This document shows, one piece after another, positions 37,865-48,791 of a stretch of 64,000 nt of DNA. Every line of letters begins with the position of its first letter. Within the stretch, counting starts at the first letter, position 1. Made by a program: the position numbers and the translations under genes. Below the pieces are notes generated by a model that saw nothing but the letters and a program-made list of their open reading frames with translations, was not told the DNA's origin and made no database searches. Origin of the DNA: Heterodontus francisci (lineage: Eukaryota); contig NC_090384.1 in NCBI RefSeq assembly GCF_036365525.1, positions 55,735,895 to 55,799,894 of the forward strand, given 5' to 3'.

Positions 37865-40259
37865 AACATAAGAACTAGGAGCAGGAGTAGGCAATTCAGC
37901 CCCTTGAGCCTGCTCCGCCATTCAATAAGATCATGGTTGATCTCATCTCGACCTCAACTCCACTTTCCTGCCCATTCTCCATAACCCTTCAACCCATTAC
38001 TAATTAAAAATCTGTCTATCTCCTCTTTAAATTTACTCAATGTCCTGGCATCCACCGCACTCTGGGGTAGTGAATTCCACAAACCCATGACCCTTTGAGA
38101 GAAGTAATTTCTCCTCATCTCTGTTTTAAATCTGTTACCCCTTATCCTAAAACTATGACCTCTTGTTCTAGATTGCCCCACGAGAGGAAACATCCTCTCT
38201 ACATCTACTTTGTCAATCCCTTTAATCATCTTATATACCTCAATTAGATCTCCTCTCATTCTTCTAAACTCTAGAGAGTAAAGGCCTAAACTGCTCAATC
38301 TCTACTCATAAGACAAACCCCTCATCTCTGTAATCAATCTAGTGAACCTCCTCTGAAATGCCTCCAATGCAACTACATCCCTCCGCAAGTAAGGGGACCA
38401 AAATTGTACGCAAACATCCATGTGCGAGCTCAATAGTGCCTTGTACAGTTGCAGCAACACTTCCCTCCTTTTATTCTCTATCCCTTTAGCAATAAATGCC
38501 AAAATTCCATTTGCCTTCCTTATTACTTGCTGTACCTGTACCCAGATCCCTCTGCACCGAGGCACTCTGAAGTTTTTCTCCATTTAGATAATAATTTGCC
38601 TTGCTATTCTTCCAACCAAAATGGATAACCTCACACTTATCCACGTTAAACTCCATCTGCCACATTTTGGCCCATTCACCTAACCTATCCATATCCATTT
38701 GTAAATTTCTTATTTCTTTATTGCAACTTACTATCCCACCTATTTTAGTGTCATCTGCAAATTTGGCTATAGTACCTTCTATCCCTGCATCCAAGTTATT
38801 AATATAGATTGTAAATAGTTTTCTGTTGTTTAGCCAATCCTCTATCCAAGCTAATAAATTGCCCCTAACCCCATGTGATCTTCCATTTGCCTTCCTTATT
38901 ACCTGCTGTACCTGTATACCATCTAGTGTATTAACCTTTTGTGCAGCACCTTATCAAATGCCTTCTGGAAGTCCAGATATACTACATCTACAGGATCTCC
39001 ACTATCCACTTTACTTTTTACATCTTCGAAGAACTCTAGCAAATTAGTCAAACACGATTTACCCTTCATAAAACCATGCTGACGCTGATGAATTGCGTTT
39101 TGACTTTCTAAATGTCCTGTTATTACTTCCTTAACAATGGATTCTAACAATTTCGCAACGACAGATGTTAAACAAACTGGTCTATAGTTTCCTACTTTCT
39201 GCATCCCTCCCTTTGTGAATAAGGGGGTTATGTTAGCATTTTTCCAATCCACTGGAACCTTTCCCGCATCCAGAGAATTTTAGAATATTATAACCAGTGG
39301 ATCCACTATCTCCGCTGCCACTTCCTTTAAGACCCTTGGATGTAGCCCATCAGGCACTGGGGACTTGTCTGCCTTCAAGCCCAATAGTTTGCTCAGTATG
39401 TTTTCCCTAGCGATGATGATTATTCTAAGTTCCTTCCTTTCTATAACCTCTGCATTTTCTGTTACTATTGGGATGGTACGAGTGTCCTCCACCGTGAAAA
39501 CTAAGGCAAAATACTGATTTAGTGTCTCCGCCATTTGTGTTCCCCTCTATTAACTCCCCAGTCACATCATCCAAGAGACCAACATTCATTTTAACTACGC
39601 TCTTCCCTTTTAGATACTTATAGAAGCTTTTGCTATCCGTTTTTATATTTTCTGCTATTTTTCTTTTATAATTTACCTTTGCTCTTTTTATTACTTTTTT
39701 AGTAAACCTTTGTTGATCTTTAAAAGTTTTCCAATCTTCCAGCCTGCCACTGGCCTTTGCAATATGGTATGCCTTAGTTTTTGTCTTTATGTTATCCTTA
39801 ACTTCCTTGCGTAACCCCTCTTACAATCTTTCTTCCTCTTTGGAATATATTTTAGTTGGGAGGAATTGAATATCTCCTTAAACATCTGCCACTGCTCATC
39901 AACTGTCCTACCTTTTAGTCTTCCTGCCCAGTCCACTAGCGCCAAATCTGTCCTCATGCCTATGTAATTACCTTTGTTTAACCTCAGAACGCTAGTGTGG
40001 GACTCCAGTTTCTCGCCCTCAAACTGAATTTGAAATTCTAGCATGCTATGATCACTCTTCCCTAGAGGATGCTTATCTATGAGATCATTAATTAATCCCA
40101 CCTCATTACACAATACCAAATCTAGAATAACCTGCTCCCTGGTTGGTTCCACAACATATTGTTCCAAAAAACAATCTCTAATACATTCAATGAGCTGTCA
40201 CTCGAGGCTACCCTTGCCAATTTTATTAATCCAGTCTATATGTATACTAAAATCACCCA
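37865..40259 (-). mobile_element. CR1 LINE inserted in the Gypsy RT
   Basis: It splits Gypsy ...FLHLPF|GLKVSQDVFQ. CR1 peptides include KFADDTKIGG, NYRPVCLTSVV and YLDFQKAFDKV. Confidence 0.92.
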
Positions 40260-41051
40260 TGGCCTCAAAGTGAGCCAGGATGTGTTCCAACAGAAAGTAG
40301 ACAAGACATACAGGGGATGCAAAGGAGCAGTCGGCATAGCTGATGATATCCAGATATATGGTGTAGATGGAAAAGATCATGACAACCATTTACATGAAGC
40401 CATGGACGGAACCAGGAAAGCTGGGATTAAGCTACACGCAGACAAATGCATTGTGAAAGTGACAGAATGCCAGTTCTTCGGAATGGTGTACACACCTGAT
40501 GGAGTTAAGACGAGCCCTGAAAGAATCTCAGCCTTTTTGAGGATGGAAGCCCCAAGAAATAAGGGAATTGAGAAGTTTCCTTGGTTTGATACAATACATA
40601 GAACACACAGCAAACATGCGCGAGCTGATGAAAGAAGATGGGAGTTTCAACAAATTCAAAAAGTAAGCAAGGAGACAAGCCTGTCATACAACGACAGAAA
40701 GAAACCTGTCACTCTGCAAGTAGATGCTTCCACAAAAGGACTGGGAGCAGCCCTGGTTCAGGAGGGAAAGCCAATAGTATCTGCGTCCAAAGCTCTGAGA
40801 TCAGCTGAGACAAGATATGCCAACATAGAGAGAGAGCTTTTGGCAGTCGTGTAAAGATGTGAGAAGCTCCACACATACCTCTATGAGAGAAAGTTCACAG
40901 TGGAGAGTGATCATCGTCCACTGGAACAGATCTACCAGAAAAATCTATGTAAAGCACCTGCAAGACTGCAGAGGTTACTCTTGAGGCTTCAGAGTTATGA
41001 TTTCACTCTGAAACATAAGCCAGGAAGAGAAATGGTGCTGGAAGACACCTG

Positions 41052-41812
41052 GGGCTGGATTTTACCATAGGCGGATGGGAATTTGCCACCAACATAAAAG
41101 TCGGCGGCGAACCCGATTCCGCCCAGCCCGGGGATCCATCCCCCATGTTACAGGTTCCCCGGCTTTAATTGTCCCGAGGGGGGTTTCCACCTGCTTGAGG
41201 GAGGAAGTCACGCCTCAGTGAGCTGTCAGCCAATCAGCGGGCCAGCAGCTCTTAGTCCCAGCTGCACCACTGGGAGCCGTGGCCACTGCTGGGACTCCAG
41301 CCCAGCCGACCAGATGGAGCCAGGAGTCCAGATAAGTTGAGCATGCCTCACCAGGGAGATCAGTCCTTCCCTGGTGAGGTTGGAATGGTTTATCGGGGTG
41401 GGGGGGGCGCTCTCTTGGGTCCCAGGGGTGAATTGGGAGGCAGGGGCGGCCCTCAATCGGGCACCCTGTGCCCAACTGTCATTGCCCCCTACCCCCCCCC
41501 CCTCCCCTCCACCGATGCACAGAAAGGCCGGCAGCTATCGCTGGGTAGCCTTTCACGTCCCCAGCACTCCCACTTGCCACAGGTAAAATACCTGTAGAGG
41601 CGAGCGAGGGCCCTTAAGTGGCCATTAAGTAGGCCACTAAAGGGCCTTGATTGGCCTCGGGCAGGTGGGCCGTTTCCCCCTCCCCCCGCCTGACCGCCAT
41701 AAAGTTGACCGAGGCAGGAGCGGGGCGGATAGGCCTACCAGAGCCTCCCACTCAATTTTACGCAGCCCCCATGCCAGCATCCAACCCGCTGGGGCGGCAT
41801 AAAATTCAGCCC
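41052..41812. mobile_element. PIF/Harbinger-type MITE inserted in Gypsy pol
   Basis: TIRs GGGCTGGATTTTA / TAAAATTCAGCCC. The ~3-bp TSD is CCT or CTR, with the boundary ambiguous by 1 nt. Confidence 0.85.
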
Positions 41813-43421
41813 CCTATCTCAATTGTCACCACAGGAGAAACATGAGATAGAAGATCTAGGCATAAAGATTCATCACCTCATGAACGTATCACCACCAAAA
41901 CTGAGTCAAATTAGAAATGAGACCAGCAAAGACAAGGAGTTACAGATGCTATCTCAGCAAGTGATCCAGGGATAGCCTGATAAAATACAGCACACACAGC
42001 CGGCAATACGGCAGTACTGGTCTATCAGAGATGACATCTCACTAGAAGATGGTATTCTGCTGGCCAGATCCAGAATAATCATACCCAAAACAATGCAGGA
42101 AGAACTTCTCCAAAAGATACACGAAGGCCACATGGGAATGGAGAAGTGTAAGCTCAGAGCCAGATCAGCTGTGTATTGGATAGGCATATACAAGAGCCAG
42201 TTGAACCAGGTTCTATAGCACAGAGCATGGTGCTGCAATAAACAAGACTGACTACAGTCTTTTCCAAGTTTAAAGTGTGATTCTTTCCAACATCTCGTGC
42301 TGGTGCCAATTCCCGTGCCAACTTAGTTTAAACCCTCCCAAACCACACTAGTGAACCTCCCCATAAGCACATTGGTTCCAGTCCTGTTGAGCTGGAACCA
42401 GTCCCTTTTGAATAGGTGCCTCCTGCCCCAGAACTGATGCCAAAGAAGACCTAAGAATCTGAAACCCTCCCTCCTGCACGATGGTGCAAACCATACACTG
42501 ATCCTCCTATCTTCCTGTATCTACTCTCAATAGCATGAGGCACTAGGAGTAATCCAGAGATTACTACCTTCAAGGTCCTTTTTTTTAACTTCCTCCCTAG
42601 CTCTTGAAAATCTGACCATAAGACCTCTATACCTACTCTCTCTATGTCATTAGAACCGAAATGTAACCCAAGTTCTAACTCATTCCCATTCCCCTGCAGA
42701 ATATTCTGCACCCTCTCTGTAATGTCCTTTACCCTAGCACCAGGGAAGCAACACACCATGCTGGTCTCACAATGACAACTTCCCCTCCCCACTCCTTTCA
42801 AGATTTCAAATGGCCCGTTCCTTTTGATCCACATCACAAATGCCCCCAACCCTGCTCTAATGAAGCTCAACATAAGTTAAAGGATCAGAATCTCAATCTT
42901 TCAATTAAGTGTTTCAAAGCCTTCCAGGGTCAATATTGAGTTCAATCATTTCAAATCATTTTCTCTGTCCCCATTTTTTCAGTCAGCAGCTGTTGGTGAT
43001 AATTCTGCTATTCTCATTTACAACTCCTCTCGACTCTTTGATTTCTTTCCTTGTCCCATTACCATTTATTTTTGCTTTGCATCATCACCCCTTTTGTCAT
43101 TTAATTGCTCCTGCCTTCCACTCTGTCATAGATTTCCCCTTTTGTTCTTCCCCCACCTCCATTCCCTGCCTCTGTACTTGTTCAAAACCTGTTACATCTC
43201 TAAATTTTTCCAGATCTGATGAAAGGTCATCAACCTGACACAATAATTTTTTTCTCTCTCCGCAGATGCTGTCTGATCTGCTGAGTATTTCCATCATTTT
43301 CTGTTCTTACTTGTAGGTGTTGACTGCAACGGAAGCAAAAACTCTCGAAACACTTTTGTTATCTCCCCACATTTTGTCATTGTACAAATACTAAAGAGAA
43401 CTTAGATAAGTAATATTTCAC

Positions 43422-43470
43422 CTGATGTTGAAATAAATGATACAATACAGAAAAAAGTCAAAATGGTCAT
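43422..43470 (-). CDS. NCR3LG1: B7-H6-like gene, duplicated leader exon, distal copy (alternative first exon or orphan)
   Basis: The 49-nt coding sequence is identical to 31920-31968. The donor is G|GTGAAA rather than G|GTGAAG. It lies inside a segmental duplication. Confidence 0.6.
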
Positions 43471-44041
43471 CCTTGTTTTGAGAACTGCAAACTTCTAAAG
43501 CACTTTCAAAGACCTATATCCAAGAACAGGAGCACATTTACTGAAGAACAAACTCAGTCTTTTACTTTCATTCTTACACATAATCTTTGTGTGGTCGATC
43601 GTCAGTACAGAGCAAATAAACTTTTCTTACCCGGGTCACAGTTCAAGCGCAACAGTCTAATCACTCACTAATGTTTGAAGTATCAGCATTTCAACTGAAA
43701 AATTGTTGTAAACAAGAACATTTTTCGAACAGATATTGCATCAAAAATAGATAGCAATAACTCACTCATACCATATACCAGTTTCATTTGTTATTCACAA
43801 AAAAGTCACTTTTTCCTAAATATAAGTGGGAGAATTCTCAACATTGCCACCTGGGTGGTAATCTATCAGAGCAAATTTCCATCCCGCATGGAAAAGGACT
43901 GATTTTAATTCCAAACGAGCAGGTTATCCACTTGTACAAAACCAAAATACTACATTTGCTGGAAATCTGAAATAAAAACAGAAACTGCTGGAACTACTCA
44001 GCAGGTCTGACAGCATCTGTGCAGAAAGAAACAGAGATAAT

Positions 44042-44231
44042 GGGTTGAATTGTACACTGCGCCCAGCGGGTTCGATGGTGGCATGGGGGCTGATGGGGGC
44101 TGCGTAAAATCGAGCGGGAGGCTCCGGGAGGTTTTCCTGCCCCATTACGCCTCCAGCCAACTTTACGGCGGTCGGGCGGGAAGGGTTTGGGGGGGAAGCG
44201 GCCCACCCGCCCAAGGCTAATCAAGGCCCTT
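44042..44231. mobile_element. Truncated Harbinger-type MITE end
   Basis: Homologous to the reverse complement of about 41640-41812, and follows acagagatAAT. Confidence 0.75.
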
Positions 44232-44266
44232 AACTGGGAAAATAAAGATCATCAATCTGAAACATT

Positions 44267-44852
44267 GGGCTGGATTTTATTCTGGTGATGGGGATCTGGG
44301 CAGTGAGTCAAAAGGCAGGTAGAGAACCCACCTCGGCCCTCCATAAGACCGCCATTTCAATTCTACAGTGATGGGGGGGGGGTTGGTGTGGCTGATGGGC
44401 AGCCAATTAACTGCCTTCCATCCCATTAAGGGACAAGTTCTGCCTCCTGAACTGCTGGTCAATCAGAAGAAGTTGGGAGTGTATTGGTGAGAGTGGAGGG
44501 AGTGGTCTTCTCCGGGAGAGGGGTCAGCCATCGCTGCTGGTGAGGGTGGTGGGGGGGGGGTGCAGGAGGGGTTGGGCCCACTGGGGGCCCTGGATTGCCC
44601 CGAAATGGAGAGACCTCCCCAACCCCAGTAGCAGGCTGCCAGGTTTTATCTGGCAGCAACACCACCTGGACCCCTCCACCTTCAATAAAATTGAAGTGGA
44701 GGTGGGAAGAGGCCCTTAAATGGCCATTAATTGGCCTTTCCCACTCCGGTCAAAATGGCAGCAGGTCCAGGCAACTTCGGAAACGATACCCTCTGCCATG
44801 TTGTTTTCCCCGCCTCCGTACCAATCTCCAGGAGCAAAATAAAATCATGCCT
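44267..44852. mobile_element. Harbinger-type MITE (paralogous truncated copy at 35349-35613)
   Basis: TIR GGGCTGGATTTTAT / ATAAAATCatgcc, inserted after GAAACATT in a Penelope repeat that resumes at about 44856. Confidence 0.75.
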
Positions 44853-45472
44853 TTTAGCGCTGTTTCTTTCTCCTGCCAGACCTGCTGAATATTTCCAACA
44901 TTTTCTGTTTTTATTTTCGGCGATCCACTTGGCAAGGTTGCTGCTTTTATGTGAGTGGCAACTAACCAGAGTGCATTATGGTGCAAAACCCACTCACATT
45001 GGCGGTGCTGCTGACTGACAGGCATTGGTATGCAAATATTGCAATACAGGCGCACAGCAGACAAATCATAGGAAAAGTCAGAAAGATGATGGAAACTTGG
45101 AGAGCATTTTATAGGTGCACAAGCAGCAGAAACCACTTTCACCCAAGTTTCCTCATTTGGTGAATCAATTCTATGTTGTTTGAACACAGACAGTATGTCA
45201 GAAACGGTGAGGAAATTCACCCCCAGACGTTCTGACATTTTGATAATGTCAAATATTCCTAATTAACACACAAAAAATAACTGGTTTTGCCATCACTGAA
45301 GAACAGGAATAAAACACTGCTCAATGTACTGTAATTCTTCAGCAAGATTACCTAATAAGACTGTGGAAAAGCAAAGCTATTAGAAAGGAAATGAGGAATA
45401 GGGATAGAGCAGAAAAAAGAAATAGAAAAATGGATGGAGATAGAGAGGCCATTTAAAGCACTGACCAGTGAG

Positions 45473-46014
45473 TACAAAGAACAAAGAAGAAGAACAAAGA
45501 AAAATTACGGTACAGGAACAGGCCCTTCGGCCCTCCAAGCCTGCGCCGATCCAGATCCTCTATCTAAACATGTTGCCTATTTTCTAAGGGTCTGTATCTC
45601 TTTGCTTCCTGCCCATTCATGTATCTGTCTAGATACATCTTAAAAGACGCTATCGTGCCCGCGTCTACCACCTCCGCTGGCAACGCGTTCCAGGCACCCA
45701 CCACCCTCTGCGTAAAGAACTTTCCACGCATATCCCCCCTAAACTTTTCCCCTCTCACTTTGAACTCGTGACCCCTAGTAATTGAATCCCCCACTCTGGG
45801 AAAAAGCTTCTTGCTATCCACCCTGTCTATACCTCTCATGATTTTGTACACCTCAATCAGGTCCCCCCTCAACCTCCGTCTTTCTAATGAAAATAATCCT
45901 AATCTACTCAACCTCTCTTCATAGCTAGCGCCCTCCATACCAGGCAACATCCTGGTGAACCTCCTCTGCACCCTCTCCAAAGCATCTACATCCTTTTGGT
46001 AATGTGGCGACCAG
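45473..46014 (-). mobile_element. Young CR1 LINE 3' fragment
   Basis: Uninterrupted WSPHYQKDVDALERVQRRFTRMLPG...FKMYLDRYM, with an (acaaaga)n tail. Confidence 0.9.
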
Positions 46015-46264
46015 AAGTAGAGGAGACATAGGTGGTGGGGAAGGCAGAAGCAGGAGTAATTTTTTTTATTCATTGGGGAGTGCTGGACCACCTTGTAGGT
46101 CAACAGGAGGGTTCTGGAGTCCATTCTTTGAGGAGCCAGAAGTGCTAGTGGGCAGGTCAAGAGCAGGGAAGTCACAGATCATGCTGCCAGGAATTATACA
46201 TTGGGTTAGGGGACAGTCTAAGATCCCTCAGGAGCCAATCTCTGTGTCTTACAAACTGGAATGA

Positions 46265-46630
46265 TATTCTCTGGAATTTAGAAGGTTTCAAGATAATTTG
46301 GGGAACAGAAAGGTTAGATAGTGGGAAATTATTTCTGCTAGTTGGGGGATCTAGGTCTAGGGGGGCATAGTCTAAAAATTACGGTCAGACATTTCAGGAG
46401 TGAAATTAGGAAACATTTATATACGCTAAGGGTGGTCAAAATTTGGGACTCTCACAACTGGCAATTGATTCTAGATCAATTACAAATTTTAAAGCTGAGA
46501 TTGATAGATTTTTGTTATCCAAAATTATTAAGGGCTATGGAGCAAAGGAGGGTGTTAGGTTGCCCCTGGTCTCACTGAATAGCAGAACAATCTTGAGGGG
46601 GTAAATGGTCTACTCTTGTCCCTATGTTCA
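46265..46630 (+). mobile_element. Old CR1 3' fragment (similar minus-strand remnant about 48440-48790)
   Basis: GHSLKI..RHFRSEIRKH...RVVKIWDS plus a CR1-like tail. Confidence 0.65.
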
Positions 46631-47374
46631 TGAGTTTAAAAGAGTGGGTCTGAGATGATAATAGACCTTCAGGCTGGCTGGCAATGAAGAGGAAAATTCT
46701 AGTCAGATCAAAATTGGCTGACAGCACAGAAGAAATGTGGAGTGTGCCAACACAAAAAAAAACTTTGAAAACTATACTGATCTGGCAAATCAGAAAAGCA
46801 ACATGAAAGCGTGTTGATTGTAACCATACCAGCCTGGCAGAAACCAGAGGTGATGGTGGGTGGGGGGAGGTGTAGTTAAAAATGAGCCTGTTTTTACCAG
46901 CTCAGAAACTAACATTTTCCTTCGGTCACCAATATTACCTGTAGGATGAGCTTCTCACTTAAATTAAGTGGAGCCTCATGAATTAATGCAAACCATGGTT
47001 CCAATATGTCAACAGAAACCAAAAACATTTTAACTGGGGCCTGAGTGGGGAAACCAGCATGGCTGTTCAGCTAGGCTAAAGTTGGTTGGCAGCTCATAGA
47101 GAAGAGGAAGAGACCCTCGAGGCAAATAATAGCAGGAGTGCTCCTCTAGGGCCCACAAGGAAATTTGCAGCTTTCCCTAAACTGGATTCCTGAAAATAGA
47201 AAATTCATTTTGATAAAATGTTAGGTGAGACAAAAGATGAAGTGGAACTGGGGACCAATAGTTCCAAAGTAATGTGAGTTGATGCTGCTGAAGAGGGAGA
47301 TGGAGAGCATGGTTGCAGCATGGTAGAGAAGACGGATTTTATAAAGTAGTGAAAGAAACAGTTATAGAAACATT

Positions 47375-48142
47375 GAACTGGACTTTAAGGAGCCCTCAAC
47401 GTCGGAAACCGTCGCGGGTGGGACGGCCGGAAGATGTCCCCGGATAAGACCTGCCACGGACCTTGACGCCAGCAGGGCCCAGCCCAATCCTCCAGTGATG
47501 GCGAGGCACCATGGCGGCCTCCCGCTGCTAGACAAGTGGAACCATAATTTGAATAATTAAATCAATTAAAATAATTAATCAAAATAAACTTACATCGCCT
47601 GCTGATGTGCCGCTGTGATCTTCGGCCCAGCGGCCGGTACTCCCACGCCTTCGGATCCCCGACTGGGGAAACGAGGTGCAACACTGCTGGGGAGCAGGGA
47701 GGAGGTCAGTTTCTCAGTGCAGGGGGTGGGGAACGGGGTCAAATTAACATCATGGGTGTAGGGGATGGTGGGAAGGATTATAGTTTAAAGTTTTGTGTGG
47801 GGGGGCAGGTCAGATGGTAAAGGTAAGTGTTTTGGGGGGGTGAAAGGGCAAATAATTAATTTAATTGTTCGTTGGGGGTGGGAGAGGGGCAAAGGAGATG
47901 TATTTATTTAATTTAATTAAACCTTTCTTTAAATATTTAAATATATCGGTAGGGCTAACAGCCCTTTAAAAATGGCATCAGCACCTGCGCACAGGCAGCT
48001 GACGCTATTATCGGGGATGGACAGCCCACTCCCTCACGTGATCAGGGTGGTGGCTGTGGGCAGACCTCGGCGGATTTTAAAAGAACCGCTGCACTTGGAA
48101 TTGCAGTGGCTCTTTGGCGTGCGGCCCGCCCAAATTCAGCAC
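47375..48142. mobile_element. Harbinger-type MITE
   Basis: Decayed TIRs gaactggacttt / aaattcagcac with TSD ATT. The body is homologous to 16317-17026. Confidence 0.75.
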
Positions 48143-48791
48143 ATTGTATATAATGAGTGAGTACAAAAGAGGAATGGGGAATTTTAACCCAGTATCCATG
48201 GAGAATGAGTCACAGTTGGAGATAGATGCTGAGGGCATGGAAACAGTATTAGTCTCATGCAAAAGCAAAATACTGCAAATGCTGGATATCTGAAATAAAA
48301 ACAGAAACTGGAAATAAGCAGCAGGCCAGGCAGCATCTGTGGAAAGACCTGAAATAATAACTCTGTTTTTCTCTCTACAGATGCTGCCTGACCTGATGAG
48401 TATTTCCAACATCTTGCGTTTTTATAACAGGATTAAGTTAATCAGCCCCTTGAGCTTGTTCTGCCATTCAATTAGATCATGGCTGGAAATTTGAAATAAA
48501 ACTGTACCCCAACTCCATTTACCTGAAATCATGCCACATCCCTTGATACACTTACCAAATAAAAATCTGTCCATCTCAGTCATGAAAATCTAAATGAACA
48601 CAGCATTCACTGTCTTTTGAGGGAAGGAGTTGGAGATTTATTCTATCCTTTTTGTAAAAAAGTGCTTTCTGATTTCACTTGATTGGCTTAACTTAAATTT
48701 TAATATGCGCCTTTGTTCTGCATGCTCCCACATGAGAAAAATAGCTTTTCTGCATCTTCCTTACTGAATCCTTTTATCATTTTAAATACCT

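Larger units (their letters stand above)
35621..42293 (+). mobile_element. Decayed Ty3/Gypsy LTR retrotransposon with nested CR1 and MITE
   Basis: 5' LTR about 35621-35884 (TG...CA), PBS TGGTGACAGCG, gag, protease IDTGAQ, RT SKLDARNG...LPFGLK...IADDI, RNase H VDASTKGLGA...YANIERELLAVV, integrase HEGHMG, and a partial 3' LTR at 42188-42293. Confidence 0.92.
42297..44540. repeat. Segmental duplication, copy 2
   Basis: Starts tgctggtgcc...gccaacttagtttaaacc as at 30560 and stays alignable to ...gggtcagccatcgctgctg, which corresponds to 35613. Confidence 0.9.
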
